A stretch of 64,000 bases of DNA, taken from Octopus sinensis. Taxonomy: Eukaryota. Both the position numbers and the translations under genes were made by a program. This document shows, in pieces, positions 1 through 11,199 of this stretch. The stretch lies in the NCBI RefSeq assembly GCF_006345805.1, contig NC_043001.1:101618001-101682000 (forward strand), written 5' to 3'. The notes beneath the pieces are model-generated. The model was not told the origin of the DNA. It saw only the letters and a program-made list of their open reading frames with translations, and did not search any database. Within the stretch, counting starts at the first letter, position 1. Every line of letters begins with the position of its first letter.

Positions 1-540
1 CTACTAAAACATCGGCTTGGGCAGCAACTGAGAAAAAGTGGTGTTGAAGTTACCTATCAAAGATGGCTGGAAGTGGTTCATCATCGAGCGGGTAGATATA
101 TATTTAAAACAGCAAACGAACAAGCAAAACATGTGGTATTACTTTAGAGCATTTAATTATTTATTTGAACATTTGAGTAGTTATAGTAAATAGGCAAAGT
201 CTATTACAGCTGTTTCTAGAAGAGCTAAGCATGTGGATCGTATGTTACTGAGCAAGGATTTCCACATAAATTAACAATTCTCTCATCAGAGAGAAAGAGG
301 GAAAAATATACACTTAATCAAAGATATTAATAGTTAACAGATCACTTTGGAAGTAAGTAGCGTCTAAAGTAAAGGATAATAGTGATTGGTAGATCTATGA
401 TTGAAGAATTAAGGAAGTCCTTAATAAAACCCTTAGTCAAAATTAATGTCTGCAATTCCATTGTAGGAGCATCTTTTATTAATTTTAATTTTTTTAAGTG
501 ATACTACCTTTTGCTTATCCATTCTCTGTTTTTAATATAC

Positions 541-552
541 ATACATACATAA

Positions 553-586
<34 letters not shown>

Positions 587-702
587 CATAAAAAACAATC
601 TCACAACAAAATAACAAAGGTAAGCAACATAACAAAATTTTTTAAACTTTATGCTAAAGAGCTTTCTGTACACACGCACACGCATACACACACACACATG
701 CA

Positions 703-776
<74 letters not shown>

Positions 777-777
777 G
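541..777. repeat. Compound microsatellite (TACA)n/(CA)n/(GA)n
   Basis: Direct reading; explains ORFs 515..697, 651..863 and 654..848. Confidence 0.95.
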
Positions 778-1482
778 AGATGATCGATCGGCAGCACCAG
801 CATCAATATTTTAACCCCATTTTCGATATTAGCAATGGCTGCTCGCATGTTTCACTGATGTGAACTTTGCTGGAAACCCGAAAATCTGCTGCTCTTTGAA
901 CAAAGTGATTTGTCAAACGTATTGAGCACTAAATTACGCACATTGCCTTGTCATAGCTGTCATCAGTGAATCAGTGATTGGTTTGTTGAAATCCTGTAAC
1001 CATTGACACAATTGTTCACCAATTGTAATATGAAATCATGTAATAAATGAAAAACAAGCAGCATAGAAATTGTTGGTCACGTATTGTTGGAGCCGGGGAC
1101 TTTGCAGTTTATATAGTTGGCTGTGTAGTTCTCATACTACTTATAATCCACTTCACTTTTAAATTGCAGTTGCAGATTGAGGCAATTAAAACGATGCACT
1201 TCATCTCAAGCAACAATACAATGTCTAAAGTAAGATTTAATTCATGACTTCATAAACTTATGAACGCAATTCTATGATTGTCTTTCGGCAGGAATAGATG
1301 TGTTTCAATGACAGTTTCTTTTGGACTTACAAATATTTCCTTGTCTACAATTTATTTATGTAGATGTGTGTTTATATACGTATATGTATATGTGTGTGTG
1401 TGTGTATAAGTGTGTATGTATGTCTATATGTGTATGCATATGTATATATATGTGTGTGTGTTTGTGAATATGCAGTATATAT

Positions 1483-1690
1483 TGTATTTGTTTCAGTCAC
1501 TGGACTGTGGATCTTGCTGAAGCTCTGAAGGGTTCTAGATGAAAGAATCAGCGTCAGTACTTGTTTCTAAAACCTGTTGCTTATTTTATCAACTGCTAAG
1601 TTATTGGGATGTAAAAGAACCAACTCCAGTTGTCAAGCGGTCGTCGGGGACAAACACAAATACACATGCATGTTGATTTCTGTGCATACA
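1483..1690 (-). mobile_element. SINE family A, degenerate 3' half
   Basis: Aligns by eye with copies at 52471-52850 and 63030-63425 (CTAAGTTA..GG.A.GTAAA, GTTGTCAAGC, GACAAACAC; tail hairpin CAGTC-N4-GACTG at 1494-1507). Confidence 0.8.
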
Positions 1691-1694
1691 TGCA

Positions 1695-1753
1695 TACATG
1701 TGTATATATATATATGTATACATATATATATATATACACACACACGCACACGC

Positions 1754-1789
<36 letters not shown>

Positions 1790-1856
1790 GGGAGCAGTGA
1801 TGTAGATAAACAATGTTAGGCTTGATATATATATACATGTATGCATACATAGGTAT

Positions 1857-1949
<93 letters not shown>

Positions 1950-1960
1950 CAGACAGACGG
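1695..1960. repeat. Compound microsatellite (TA)n/(GA)n/(GATA)n
   Basis: Direct reading. Confidence 0.95.
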
Positions 1961-2049
1961 ACAGGACATTGACACATACATTCAGAAAGATAAATACATA
2001 TATACATATAAAAGTGGTACCAGGGTCCCGTTTACTAAAGTGGGTATTG

Positions 2050-2900
2050 TTCCTGAAGCTCATAGATTTAATATTTGGCAGATTAGGGTGGCATCCAGGT
2101 GGATAGTTCATCTGGTACACAGTAAGGCATCTTGGAAGCATGGGATGGGGGCATGATGGGTCCATGTCCTAGGGCCCAAAAGCAGGTTCAGGAGGGAACA
2201 ACTGTTATGGATTGGGAACTGGAATTTCAAAACCCCTACTTCCTGAAGTGATCACTGCTGACACGTTTGATATTGTTTCATTCACTTTTTTCAGCCCTAC
2301 ATTCTAATCTATATTTTTGCTGTAGTTGTTGAGCTGGTGTTGCCTGAGAGAGAGACGATACAACATTCAAAGGCTTTCGGCACTGATCCCAAATCCCTAC
2401 CCCTTTCATCTCTTCTTAGAGACTGGACACAATCACTGTTTCTGTGAAAGTTTCCAGTTGATATCAGGGTCAGGTAGGGTTTTAGTGTCAATGAAGTGGA
2501 TTTCCTCTGAGACCAGTCAAGTATCCCAAAATGCTGGCATCGGCGCTGGTACTGAAAATGCATTGTGGGATATTGTTTTGTTGCAAGAGGAGAATTCTGA
2601 CTGCCATATTTTTCTAGGAATGTTGTAATATTCTCGGATCATTCTATCTTTATTCACAGTACCTACGTATGATATGCTTCCATTAATGCCTAGGTATTTG
2701 CAGCATTCTTTGTGTGGAACAGGAGAGATAGTGAAGCCATTGATGCACAGGTTTTGGGTCTGGAGAACTGATTTTCCCCATTCAACAATCAAACATGAAC
2801 ATTTCTTTTGGCCAAATTCCATTCCTCTGTCAGCTGAAAATATTGTTAACTCCAGTTGTTTTCAGCATTGTAAAAAGTTTTAGCTTAGATGTTGAGGTTA
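2050..2900 (-). pseudogene. R4/Dong-clade non-LTR retrotransposon, degenerate RT C-terminal fragment
   Basis: ORFs 2517..2822 and 2309..2563 give MEFGQKKC...KYLGI...YY...RKIWQSE...NK..HNAFSVP...FGILDWS...TGNFH.NSD...GRDL, the RT 6-7/thumb pattern of R4/Dong elements; frameshifted. Confidence 0.8.
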
Positions 2901-3469
2901 TCACAAAGAAATTATGAGTTATGTTTAACAGTTGCAGACCCTAGCATGTAGCCATTGGATTTTGGCTAAAAAATGCTAACAGATTGTGTTTGTGCCCCAG
3001 GCCATGTGTACAAACGGGTTACACGAAAGGAACAAAAAACTGACTTTTTAAAAACAGAATACTATACAAGCTCTGATATTTATTTAAAGCATTATCTACA
3101 TTTTGTGGGAAAGTTGCTTTTTTGCAGGAAAATGCTTAGAGCAACAAATCAGCTGACACAGGAAATGAATCTATTAAAAGCTCCACTCAGTCTCTCCAGT
3201 TTTTTTCTCTTCACACTTATGCACACACACACAGAGATACACACACGCATATTGTTTGAATGTGTGTATATGGTGCATGTTTGTGTGTATGTGTGCATGT
3301 GTGTGTGTGTGGATGTGTGAGGGAGCACACACACGCACACAATATTGTGACATACAATAGTTGGTGAAAACTGTCAGTAAAATTCTAACCACTTAAATGA
3401 TATGACCAGGAATATACTGCTCAAAAACGTGTATGTGTGTGTGTACATGTATACATACATCCACTCTGC

Positions 3470-3575
3470 AGGTTGGTTGGCGTTAGGAAGGGCATCCAGA
3501 ACAGATATTGTAGCCTGGTGCAGTCTTCTGCCAGTTCCTGTCAAACCATGCAATCCATGCCAGCATGATGTTGTT
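3470..3575 (+). mobile_element. SINE family C, 3' fragment
   Basis: GGTTGGCGTTAGGAAGGGCATCCAG core also present at 9540, 35116 and 45407. Confidence 0.8.
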
Positions 3576-3645
3576 GTTGTTGGTGGTGGTGGTGGTGGCG
3601 GTGGTGGTGGTGGTGGCGGTGATGATGATGATGGTGATGGAAATA

Positions 3646-4539
3646 TAAGAGGTGCATTCAAAAAGTATTTGACTGTATTTTTTCTCACCCTGACTAATAT
3701 CATGTTGACAAAATCCTTTGGGTGAAAAATGATGCCCCTCCTTTCTACACTTGTGTGAAAATTTGCATCCCAGCAGACTGTGTCAGTTCACAGCTGTTGC
3801 ACCTAGAATGCAGAAGCGTAGCGCACGTTTGTCGGATTTTCGTTTTCACCGAACGCACCGAGCAGAAACATTGCATCAAAGTTTTGCCAAAAGCTCGATG
3901 GTACTCAAGTTCAAACCATCCAAAAGATTCAGAAGGCCTTTGGCGATGATGTCGTGGGCAAAACTCAGATCAAGGAGTGGTACGACCGCTTCAAACATGG
4001 CCAGACCTCAATGGAGAGAGAGGCAAACTCAGGCAGACCAGCCACAAGCTGGAACAAGGAGCTGATTGAGAAGAATTGAGAATAGTCATGGAAGACTGTC
4101 GTGTAAGAATCTAAGCAATTGCTCACGAAGTGGCAATAAGCACAGGATGAATGCATTCCATTTTCAACAGAGGATTCGTACACGTGGAGAGTGTGGGCGA
4201 AATTCATCTCCAAGTTGGTGGTGGTGGAACAGCAGATGCAACACCCCATGGAAATCGCTTGGGATATGCTGGGCTGTGCAAACCACGAACCAGATTTTAT
4301 GAAGACCATCATCATTGGTAACGAGACATGGGTTTATGGTCTCTGCTCAATGCATTTGGTCATCTTGTGTGACAACGAAAATCTGATGTGTGTGTACGAC
4401 ATGTCTGTACTCTAGATGTAACAGTCGGGAACTGACATGGCCTACCATTGTGAAAATTGTCGTGCGCAGGAAAGGTGGCGTAACCTCCTCACCCAAAGGA
4501 ATTTACCCACTCGACATTACTTTTTGAACACACCTCATA
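3646..4539 (+). mobile_element. mariner (Tc1/mariner) remnant, internally deleted
   Basis: Imperfect TIRs AGAGGTGCATTCAAAAAGTA / TACTTTTTGAACACACCTCA next to TA; transposase pieces IKVLPK, KEWYDRFK and KTIIIGNETWVYG (GDETW motif). Confidence 0.85.
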
Positions 4540-4563
4540 TGTATATTTGTTTGTATGTGTATG

Positions 4564-4594
<31 letters not shown>

Positions 4595-5499
4595 ATATTC
4601 CAAATAAACAATTGCAGCAAAAACACAAATGGGAAGGAAAGATCACAGCATGAATGTTTGGAGAGGATAAAGTGAATACGTGGTATTTCTACAAATGATA
4701 TATATATATACATATATATAAAACTTCCTTGCATTTCTGTCCTTCCTTCTGTTTCTTTCTCACTCTTTGCTTTTGTTTGTTTTTTACCTAAAACGAAATT
4801 TCATTTTCATTGATTGTTAATGGCAACATTCTGTGAAATCTAACATTAACATTGCTTGAGTTGTTATGTAGGTGTAAATAAAGTCTTTTAATTGGTTAGA
4901 ACAGCACACATGCCCTGCATTACATTATTTTTATTGGCTGTTTAATGTCAGCTTAGTGAAAAGAAGTAATATATTTTTCTTGTTTCTTTTTCACTTTAAA
5001 TAAATTATTTTTACCATCTTTGTTTCGTTTTCAATTATTATTAAAAAATCAACAATTTCTAAATGTTTTTTTAACACATCATCTCCATTATTATCATCAT
5101 GATGAGCTTATTTTTCATTGTCATTAAAAATACATCATAAACACTTCCATAATACCCCCCCCCAACACACACACACACACTCACACACAAAATACCGTTA
5201 TCATGAACCAATGAGGGAGCTTCTACATGTTGCCTCATACTGATTGAACAAGAAGCAACACCATTCTGAAATCAAACCCCATCAACTTAGAGAAGCAGGT
5301 AAATTGGACAAACAACAAAGCAAAACTAAGATGACGATTGTTGGAATAATTTCATGATGCTTCTACTCAATAAAGTTCACCTTTTATTTTTTATGGCTTA
5401 ATGAAGAATAAGTGTTGAGCCTGCTGGCTTACACTGATTATTCAAGATCGGGGACATCATTGCATTTGGTGTTTATCGGGGAAAATTCCAAATAAACAC

Positions 5500-6340
5500 T
5501 TGCAACAAAAACACAGGTGAGAAGGAAAGAGCACAGCATGAATTATGTTTGGACAGGACCAGGTGAATACGTGGTTGGTGCCGGGATCGAGGGATGGAGG
5601 ACACAATGGAGGTGAGAGAGAAATGTGTCAGCTGAGCTTTAATGGATGCAACCAGTCAGTTCTGAAGAAGAGGAGCCGTTGTAAGGGTAACGTAACAGGC
5701 AAAGAGATTGCCAGCACACCTGTAGTTAGGGTTCCAGGTGTGTTGCAGACTGTCTTCATGTCACTCTGTTGGGAAGTTTTTATTTGGGCGTGGTCTAAGT
5801 TGTTTATTAGGTTTTTATTGTTTTTTTTATTTGGATGCATTTTAGCACAATCCCAGATGGCGCTGCAACTTGACTGGAACACACTGAGATCCCAGATGTG
5901 GGACCATTTTCCCACGAAAGCTTTGTGGTAAGTCAGCAGTTGTTAGGGGCTTTAGAGAGAAGGCCTAATCATTGTTTTGCCCTTTTGTACTTGAGAAGTT
6001 GCCAGAGAAAGTTATCAGAGTGACCTGATGTTTTCAGGGATTTTAAAGGCTTCAGTCGTGTATTGATTAAGACTAGGAAGGAAAGACGGTGGGGGTGGGA
6101 GGTGGGGGTGCTGGTTTATCTCCTTTGTACGTGTTGCTATTGTGTCTTTATGCTGTTGATGACGACAAGACTGGTCAGTTCCCATTAGAGAATGTTTCCG
6201 AGATGTTTGCAATGTGTTGTCTCTGTTGCTTATGGATGAGGCTCATGTGGTGAGATTTATGGAGCAGTGAAAGGTGGTTATATGTGTAGATCGTTGATGA
6301 ACAGGTAGAGCAGTGTGGAAGTTATATACAGTTGGTTTGA
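5500..6340 (-). mobile_element. Probable degenerate Penelope-like element coding remnant (linker/GIY-YIG region)
   Basis: Broken minus-strand frames give HVFTWSCPNIIHAV, resembling the F-T-C-x-S-x-N-I-I-Y start of the PLE GIY-YIG; part is repeated at 4630-4690. Confidence 0.35.
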
Positions 6341-7074
6341 AACAAGCACAATACTTAATAGAATGAAGGTCAGAGAGAGAGAGAGAGAGCTACATCGATA
6401 TACATATACTGCAATAGGGCTGACAGGAAGCTAGGAATCTTTCAATTGAAAAAAACAAAAGACAGATATTAAGTTAAGAGATTTTATGCTGGTCATGGTC
6501 TAATGCTTTGCTGATGACCAATACAATGGCATTGTTTTCCTCAAGTCTGTGAAGAGCAAAAGCCCACTGGTGGGTGTCCAAAACATTCTGGCTTTACAAA
6601 AGTTGTATCAGTGTTCACTGAAGCGGGAGAGAAAATAAATCTTTTGAAGAAGGTGATTGTTTTGTCGCTAGCATCTGTTATCTTTGGGATGTTGGAAGTG
6701 AGAGCAGTAGGTCAATATTCTTGAGAATAGAACACACTGCAGTATATTTTCAAAGATTGGTATAGATTCAGGGAGAGAATGGTAGGGGAGAGTGAGAAAG
6801 AGAGACAGAGACAGAGAAGGAGGAATTGAAAAAGAAAGAGAGCGAGAGCCAGAGAGAGGTGGAGAAATGAGTATTGAAGAGTTCGGTGATGACAGGGGCT
6901 AACTACAGAAGAATTCTCTGGAAATAACAGAAAATAAACGGTTAGTGCCATGTTGTTGTTGGTTTGATGTGAACAGAAATGCTTTCACACCTGATCCATG
7001 CAACATGATGATTCCAAGAGAATGAAAAAGGGACATTTTGAAGAAGTTTCTTCTAATTTATCTTTTCCCGTTTA

Positions 7075-7297
7075 TCTTTTATTTGTTTCATTCGTTTGAC
7101 TGTGGCCATGCTGGGGCACCACCTTGAAGAAGTTTTGTCAAATGAATCGACCTCAGTACATAATGTTTCTTTTTACTTGTTTTCAAGCTTTGTAATCATT
7201 CTATCAGTCATATTTTGCTGAACTGCTAAGTTATGGCAATGTAAACACACCAGCACCAGTTGTCAAGTTGTGGTGGGAGACAAACACAGACACATAC

Positions 7298-7310
<13 letters not shown>
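7075..7310 (-). mobile_element. SINE family A, 3' half
   Basis: TTTGACTGTGGCCATGCTGGGGCACC, CTAAGTTATGGC, GTTGTCAAG, GACAAACAC match other copies. Confidence 0.85.
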
Positions 7311-7396
<86 letters not shown>

Positions 7397-7603
7397 TACG
7401 AGTGAGTGGACAAATGAAAAAAGGGCACTCAACCAATTTATAGGGAGTTACATGCATGGATCAAAATAGTTTGATTAAAATTCGTTGGTACTCCGAGTGT
7501 TTCAAATTCAAAATGTCTGACGATTAGCATCATGCTTCGAACTCAAAAACATCAACGAATTTAAATCAAAACTGTTTTGATCCATATATAAATGTATATG
7601 TGG

Positions 7604-7636
<33 letters not shown>

Positions 7637-7939
7637 GAAATTTGCAGAAAAACAAAAGATGAGGACAGGTGTATAAACAACAAACAAGTGTATTAGTTTA
7701 ACACTCAGGTAGGTGAGAAAGTCTTTTACGTTTCAAGCCTACACTCTTCAACAGCCGCCATGATTGACTGCCAGCTCCACAAATTTTTATTCTCTCTCTG
7801 TTTATTTCTTCATGTTCCTCTCTGTTGAAGAGCATAGGCTCAAAACATAAAAGATATTCTCACTTTCCCAAGAATTAAATTAACACACCTGATCGTTGTT
7901 TATACACCTGTCTTCATCTTTTGTTTTTCTGTAAATTTC
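7637..7939. mobile_element. Inverted pair of Penelope-type pseudo-LTR fragments with variant hammerhead-like cores
   Basis: 7637-7754 is the diverged reverse complement of 7822-7939; each arm starts CTGTTGA-A-GAG(C/T)-N4-GCT(C/T)-(G/A)AAAC; both outer ends abut TA repeats. Confidence 0.7.
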
Positions 7940-8094
7940 AACTATATATTATATGCTCACGTATTCGCACCAGTTTTATCTTACTTTAACCTCCTACTCT
8001 TCAGACTTCTACCTGGAATTTCTGCACTTTCCTTCATCTACAGACCAGCATTCCAACCAGATTACTACTGAATATATATATATAGTTCAAAATG

Positions 8095-8262
8095 TGAATT
8101 GTTGGCGATTTTCTTCCTCCATATTCCATTCTATTGGACATTCCTCTGTTTCTGAAGAAGAGCGTTGCTCGAAACATCATTAAACCATCTTTCTTTCCTT
8201 CCCTGAGCATCTTCTAATACTTTACATGTACCACATCCTCATACTGTTTTTTTTTAGGGATT

Positions 8263-8266
<4 letters not shown>
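8095..8266 (+). mobile_element. Penelope-type pseudo-LTR fragment with degenerate hammerhead
   Basis: CTGAAGA(8152)-A-GAGC-GTT-GCTC-GAAA-CATC; related to 21478-21688; followed by (TA)n. Confidence 0.65.
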
Positions 8267-8341
<75 letters not shown>

Positions 8342-8348
<7 letters not shown>

Positions 8349-9165
8349 AAAAATGGTAAATAATTTTCCTGTGGTTTTTCATGTAACCAACAATTATTTA
8401 CTGGTAAATTTCGGTATGTAAATACGACAAAATAATTGTCAAGACCTTTGTAAGGTTCAGTATATAGTAAAGAAAAATAAGTTGGCTAGCAGCAAGCTGT
8501 TTCGCCTCATACCGAAGGAATTAGAAATGGCAGTCAAAGACCGTTTTTTCCATTTCTATAAGTGGAGATTCCAAAAACGAAGGCCCTTGCGGCTCACATA
8601 CACAAAACCGGAGTGGCAAATATACGAATTCAGTCACTTACCGTTAATAGCGAACACGGTGTTTCTGGATCACAAACATATAAAAAAAGGGGAGTTTGAA
8701 TTCCGTCATCAGCGCTAATTCGGTAGCTTTATCAAATGCCACCAGCCCTCACTTCTGACCCAGCGACATCAGATAGTGGGGGGAAGTGCGCAGATGTTAA
8801 AACTAAGTAACGACCGGGGACGTAAATTTTCCCTCCAAAATTCTGCCATGCGCGCCTTCTGGGTAATCGTAATGGAATGAGGAATCCACATGGTAATACA
8901 ATAAAAATGGTAAATAATTTTCCTGTGGTTTTTCATGTAACCAACAATTATTTACCAGAAACACCGTGTTCGCTATTAACGGTAAGTGACTGAATTCGTA
9001 TATTTGCCACTCCGGTTTTGTGTATGTGAGCCGCAAGGGCCTTCGTTTTTGGAATCTCCACTTATAGAAATGGAAAAAACGGTCTTTGACTGCCATTTCT
9101 AATTCCTTCGGTATGAAGCGAAACAGCTTGCTGCTAGCCAACTTATTTTTCTTTACTCTATATAT
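8342..9165 (-). mobile_element. Non-autonomous hammerhead-bearing (Penelope-type/retrozyme-like) element
   Basis: 59-bp direct repeat (8342-8400 = 8896-8954), ~206-bp inverted repeat (8463-8668 vs 8955-9160), CpG-rich, (TA)n on both sides, full hammerhead on minus strand. Confidence 0.8.
8648..8717 (-). ncRNA. Type I hammerhead ribozyme motif
   Basis: Minus strand: UAGCG-CUGAUGA-C-GGA..CAAAC-loop-GUUUG..UCC-A-GAA-ACAC-C-GUGU-U-CGCUA. Stem I 5 bp, canonical cores, stem III ACAC/GUGU, GUU cleavage triplet (predicted cut between 8653 and 8652). Confidence 0.8.
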
Positions 9166-9242
9166 ATATATTCATATATATGTGTGTGTGTGTGTGTGTG
9201 TGTATGTATATATTTATATATATATATATATATAATATACAT

Positions 9243-9690
9243 TAAAAGGACACCATTCGAGTGTTATTTCTACCAGCGTCACCTTACTGGCACTTGTGCC
9301 CATGCTAGTAGGGTGCCAAGAACACCATCCGAGTGTGATCGTGGCCAGAGCAGCCAACTGGCTTCCATGCCAGTGGCACGTAAAAGGGCACCATTTGAGC
9401 GTGATTGTTACCAACGTCGCCTTACTGGCACCTGCGCCGGTGGCATGTGTAAAAGATTTGAGCGAGGTCGTTGCCAGTACCGCCTGACTGGACCTCATGC
9501 CGGTGGTACGTAAAAAGTACCCACTACACTCTCGGAGTGGTTGGCGTTAGGAAGGGCATCCAGCTGTAGAAACTCTGCCAGATCAAGATTGGATCCTGGT
9601 GCAGCTATCTGGTTCGCCAGTCCTCAGTCAAATCGTCCAACCCATGCTAGCAGGGAAAGCGAACGTTAAACAATGATGATGATGATGATA
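9243..9690 (+). mobile_element. SINE family C with tandem ~65-bp internal units and (GAT)n tail
   Basis: Repeated GCCAGTGGCACGTAAAA.GCACC units, GGTTGGCGTTAGGAAGGGCATCCAG core, GTTAAAC(GAT)n end. Confidence 0.9.
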
Positions 9691-9724
9691 AGTACAAGAC
9701 ATCACCAACCAATGAAAAATACAT

Positions 9725-9900
9725 ATGTTTAGCGGTATTTTGTCTGTCTTAATGTTCTCAGTTCAAATTCTGCCGAGGTCGACTTTGCCTTTCCTCCTTT
9801 CGGGGTCAATAAATTAAGTACCAGTTGCATACTGCGGTCGATCCAATCGACTGACCCCCACCTCCCCCAAAATTTCAGGCCTTGTGCCTAGAGAAGGAAA
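9725..9900 (+). mobile_element. SINE family B (tRNA-like head, CCTTTCGGGGTCAATAAATTAAGTACCAG core)
   Basis: GTTCAAATTCTGCCGAGGTCGACTTTGCCTTT box-B-like segment; related copies near 10830, 14830, 33000, 44830, 47350, 51330, 53000. Confidence 0.85.
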
Positions 9901-11199
9901 GAATATTTATGCCAGACGTAAAATGGTGAGCTGACCAAACTGATGCTGGGCAAATTGCTTGGCAACATTTCATTTGTTTAAATTCTGAGTTCAAACCCCA
10001 TCAAGGCCGAAGTGTGAGTTATAGAGTAAACCAGGCCATGACCTGGTTGGCTTTCTGTATTGACATATGTTTAGTTTCATTACTAATGCGCTTGTAAAAG
10101 CCAAGAACATCACAAAACCTCATTCCTAATTTCCTCCCCCACAAATCGAAGGCCTTAGATGTACCATGTTGATATAAATCTATATTTTAGTTATTAAATA
10201 ACTAACCAAGTCAACTGTTTAGTTTTTTTACAGTCAGGTGTTAACAAAGAGATTAATAATTTTATCTTTAGTGACGGGGGAAATTGTGGTTTTCATGCAT
10301 TTTTGTCTTTTCTAATATAATATTCATAATTGTTTATGAGAAAGAAATATAAAAGTTTATGCAAAGTTATTAATATCAGTCATGGATAAATAGAGTAGGA
10401 AACAAATTAGAATAAAATAAGTGAAAGAGAGATGAAGGAGAGGACACTGCAAAAGGAGTGAATTCCTTGTAGGTTTTGGTACATTCGAATCGGGAGAAAA
10501 CAGAAATAAATCGGGGATTTTTTCTGTTGTTTATCTCTTTCTTTGCTGTTATAGCATTGGTTCAATATCATGGAAACTGTAATCTGGTGGTGAGTCTTAA
10601 CAGTTCTTGCAAAACATACAAATGCTACAAACAAATTCCCATTGAACAAGAAACGAATTTCTTCACATTCTGGTTACTCATGAGAGAGTCATAGCCATTG
10701 CCAAATCCATTTTAATTCTCTTGCTTTGAATTTACTTCTAATTAATAAATCCTTTGAACGAAGGAGGATTCTGGATGAGAATTGGTGGAAGAAAAGACAA
10801 AATGGTTTGTAGTATTTAGTTCTATCCTTACATGTTCTGAGTTCAAATTATCTCTGAGATCAAATTTGTCTTTTATCCTTTCAGACCAAGCACCAGGTAA
10901 CAATTTGAGATTGGTTCTAATCAACTAACCCCACTCTAGAATCTATGGTTCTGTGCTATTGTAGCAATTTATAAACCATTTACGGGGATCTTCATATTTG
11001 GACATTTACAATTATTAAGTAGACTAACTTGTGGCTCTCTGTCTTTGTTTCTTTTCTCTGATCTAATTGTCAGGAAACAAACAATAACCATTCTCAACTT
11101 AAAAAAAGGACAACACTAATATTTTTTTACCTCCTTTATATCTTTTAATATCTTTTTACCTCCTTGAGCCACAGCAAGAATACTTTAGTTGGATGTGAA

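Noticed and set aside
5846-5927. Plus-strand exon candidate with good AG/GT signals
   Set aside because: Lies antisense within a probable Penelope-like remnant, and the peptide is unrecognisable
7517-7550. CTGACGA-TTAGC-ATCAT-GCTT-CGAAC hammerhead-like motif
   Set aside because: GAAC rather than GAAA and no convincing stem I/III; at most a decayed remnant
9095-9140. Second hammerhead in the Y arm (CTTC-GGTAT-GAAG-CGAAACAGC-TT-GCTG)
   Set aside because: Hairpins are present but there is no CUGANGA core upstream and no U at position 16.1
8482-9141. Near-identical ORFs MASSKLFR... (8482..8718 and 8803..9141)
   Set aside because: Both start at TTG and exist twice only because of the inverted repeat; they are antisense to the ribozyme arm and show no recognisable domain
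9535-9570. HDV-like ribozyme in the GGTTGGCGTTAGGAAGGGCATCC core of SINE C
   Set aside because: Could not build the nested P1/P2/P3/P1.1 pseudoknot on either strand
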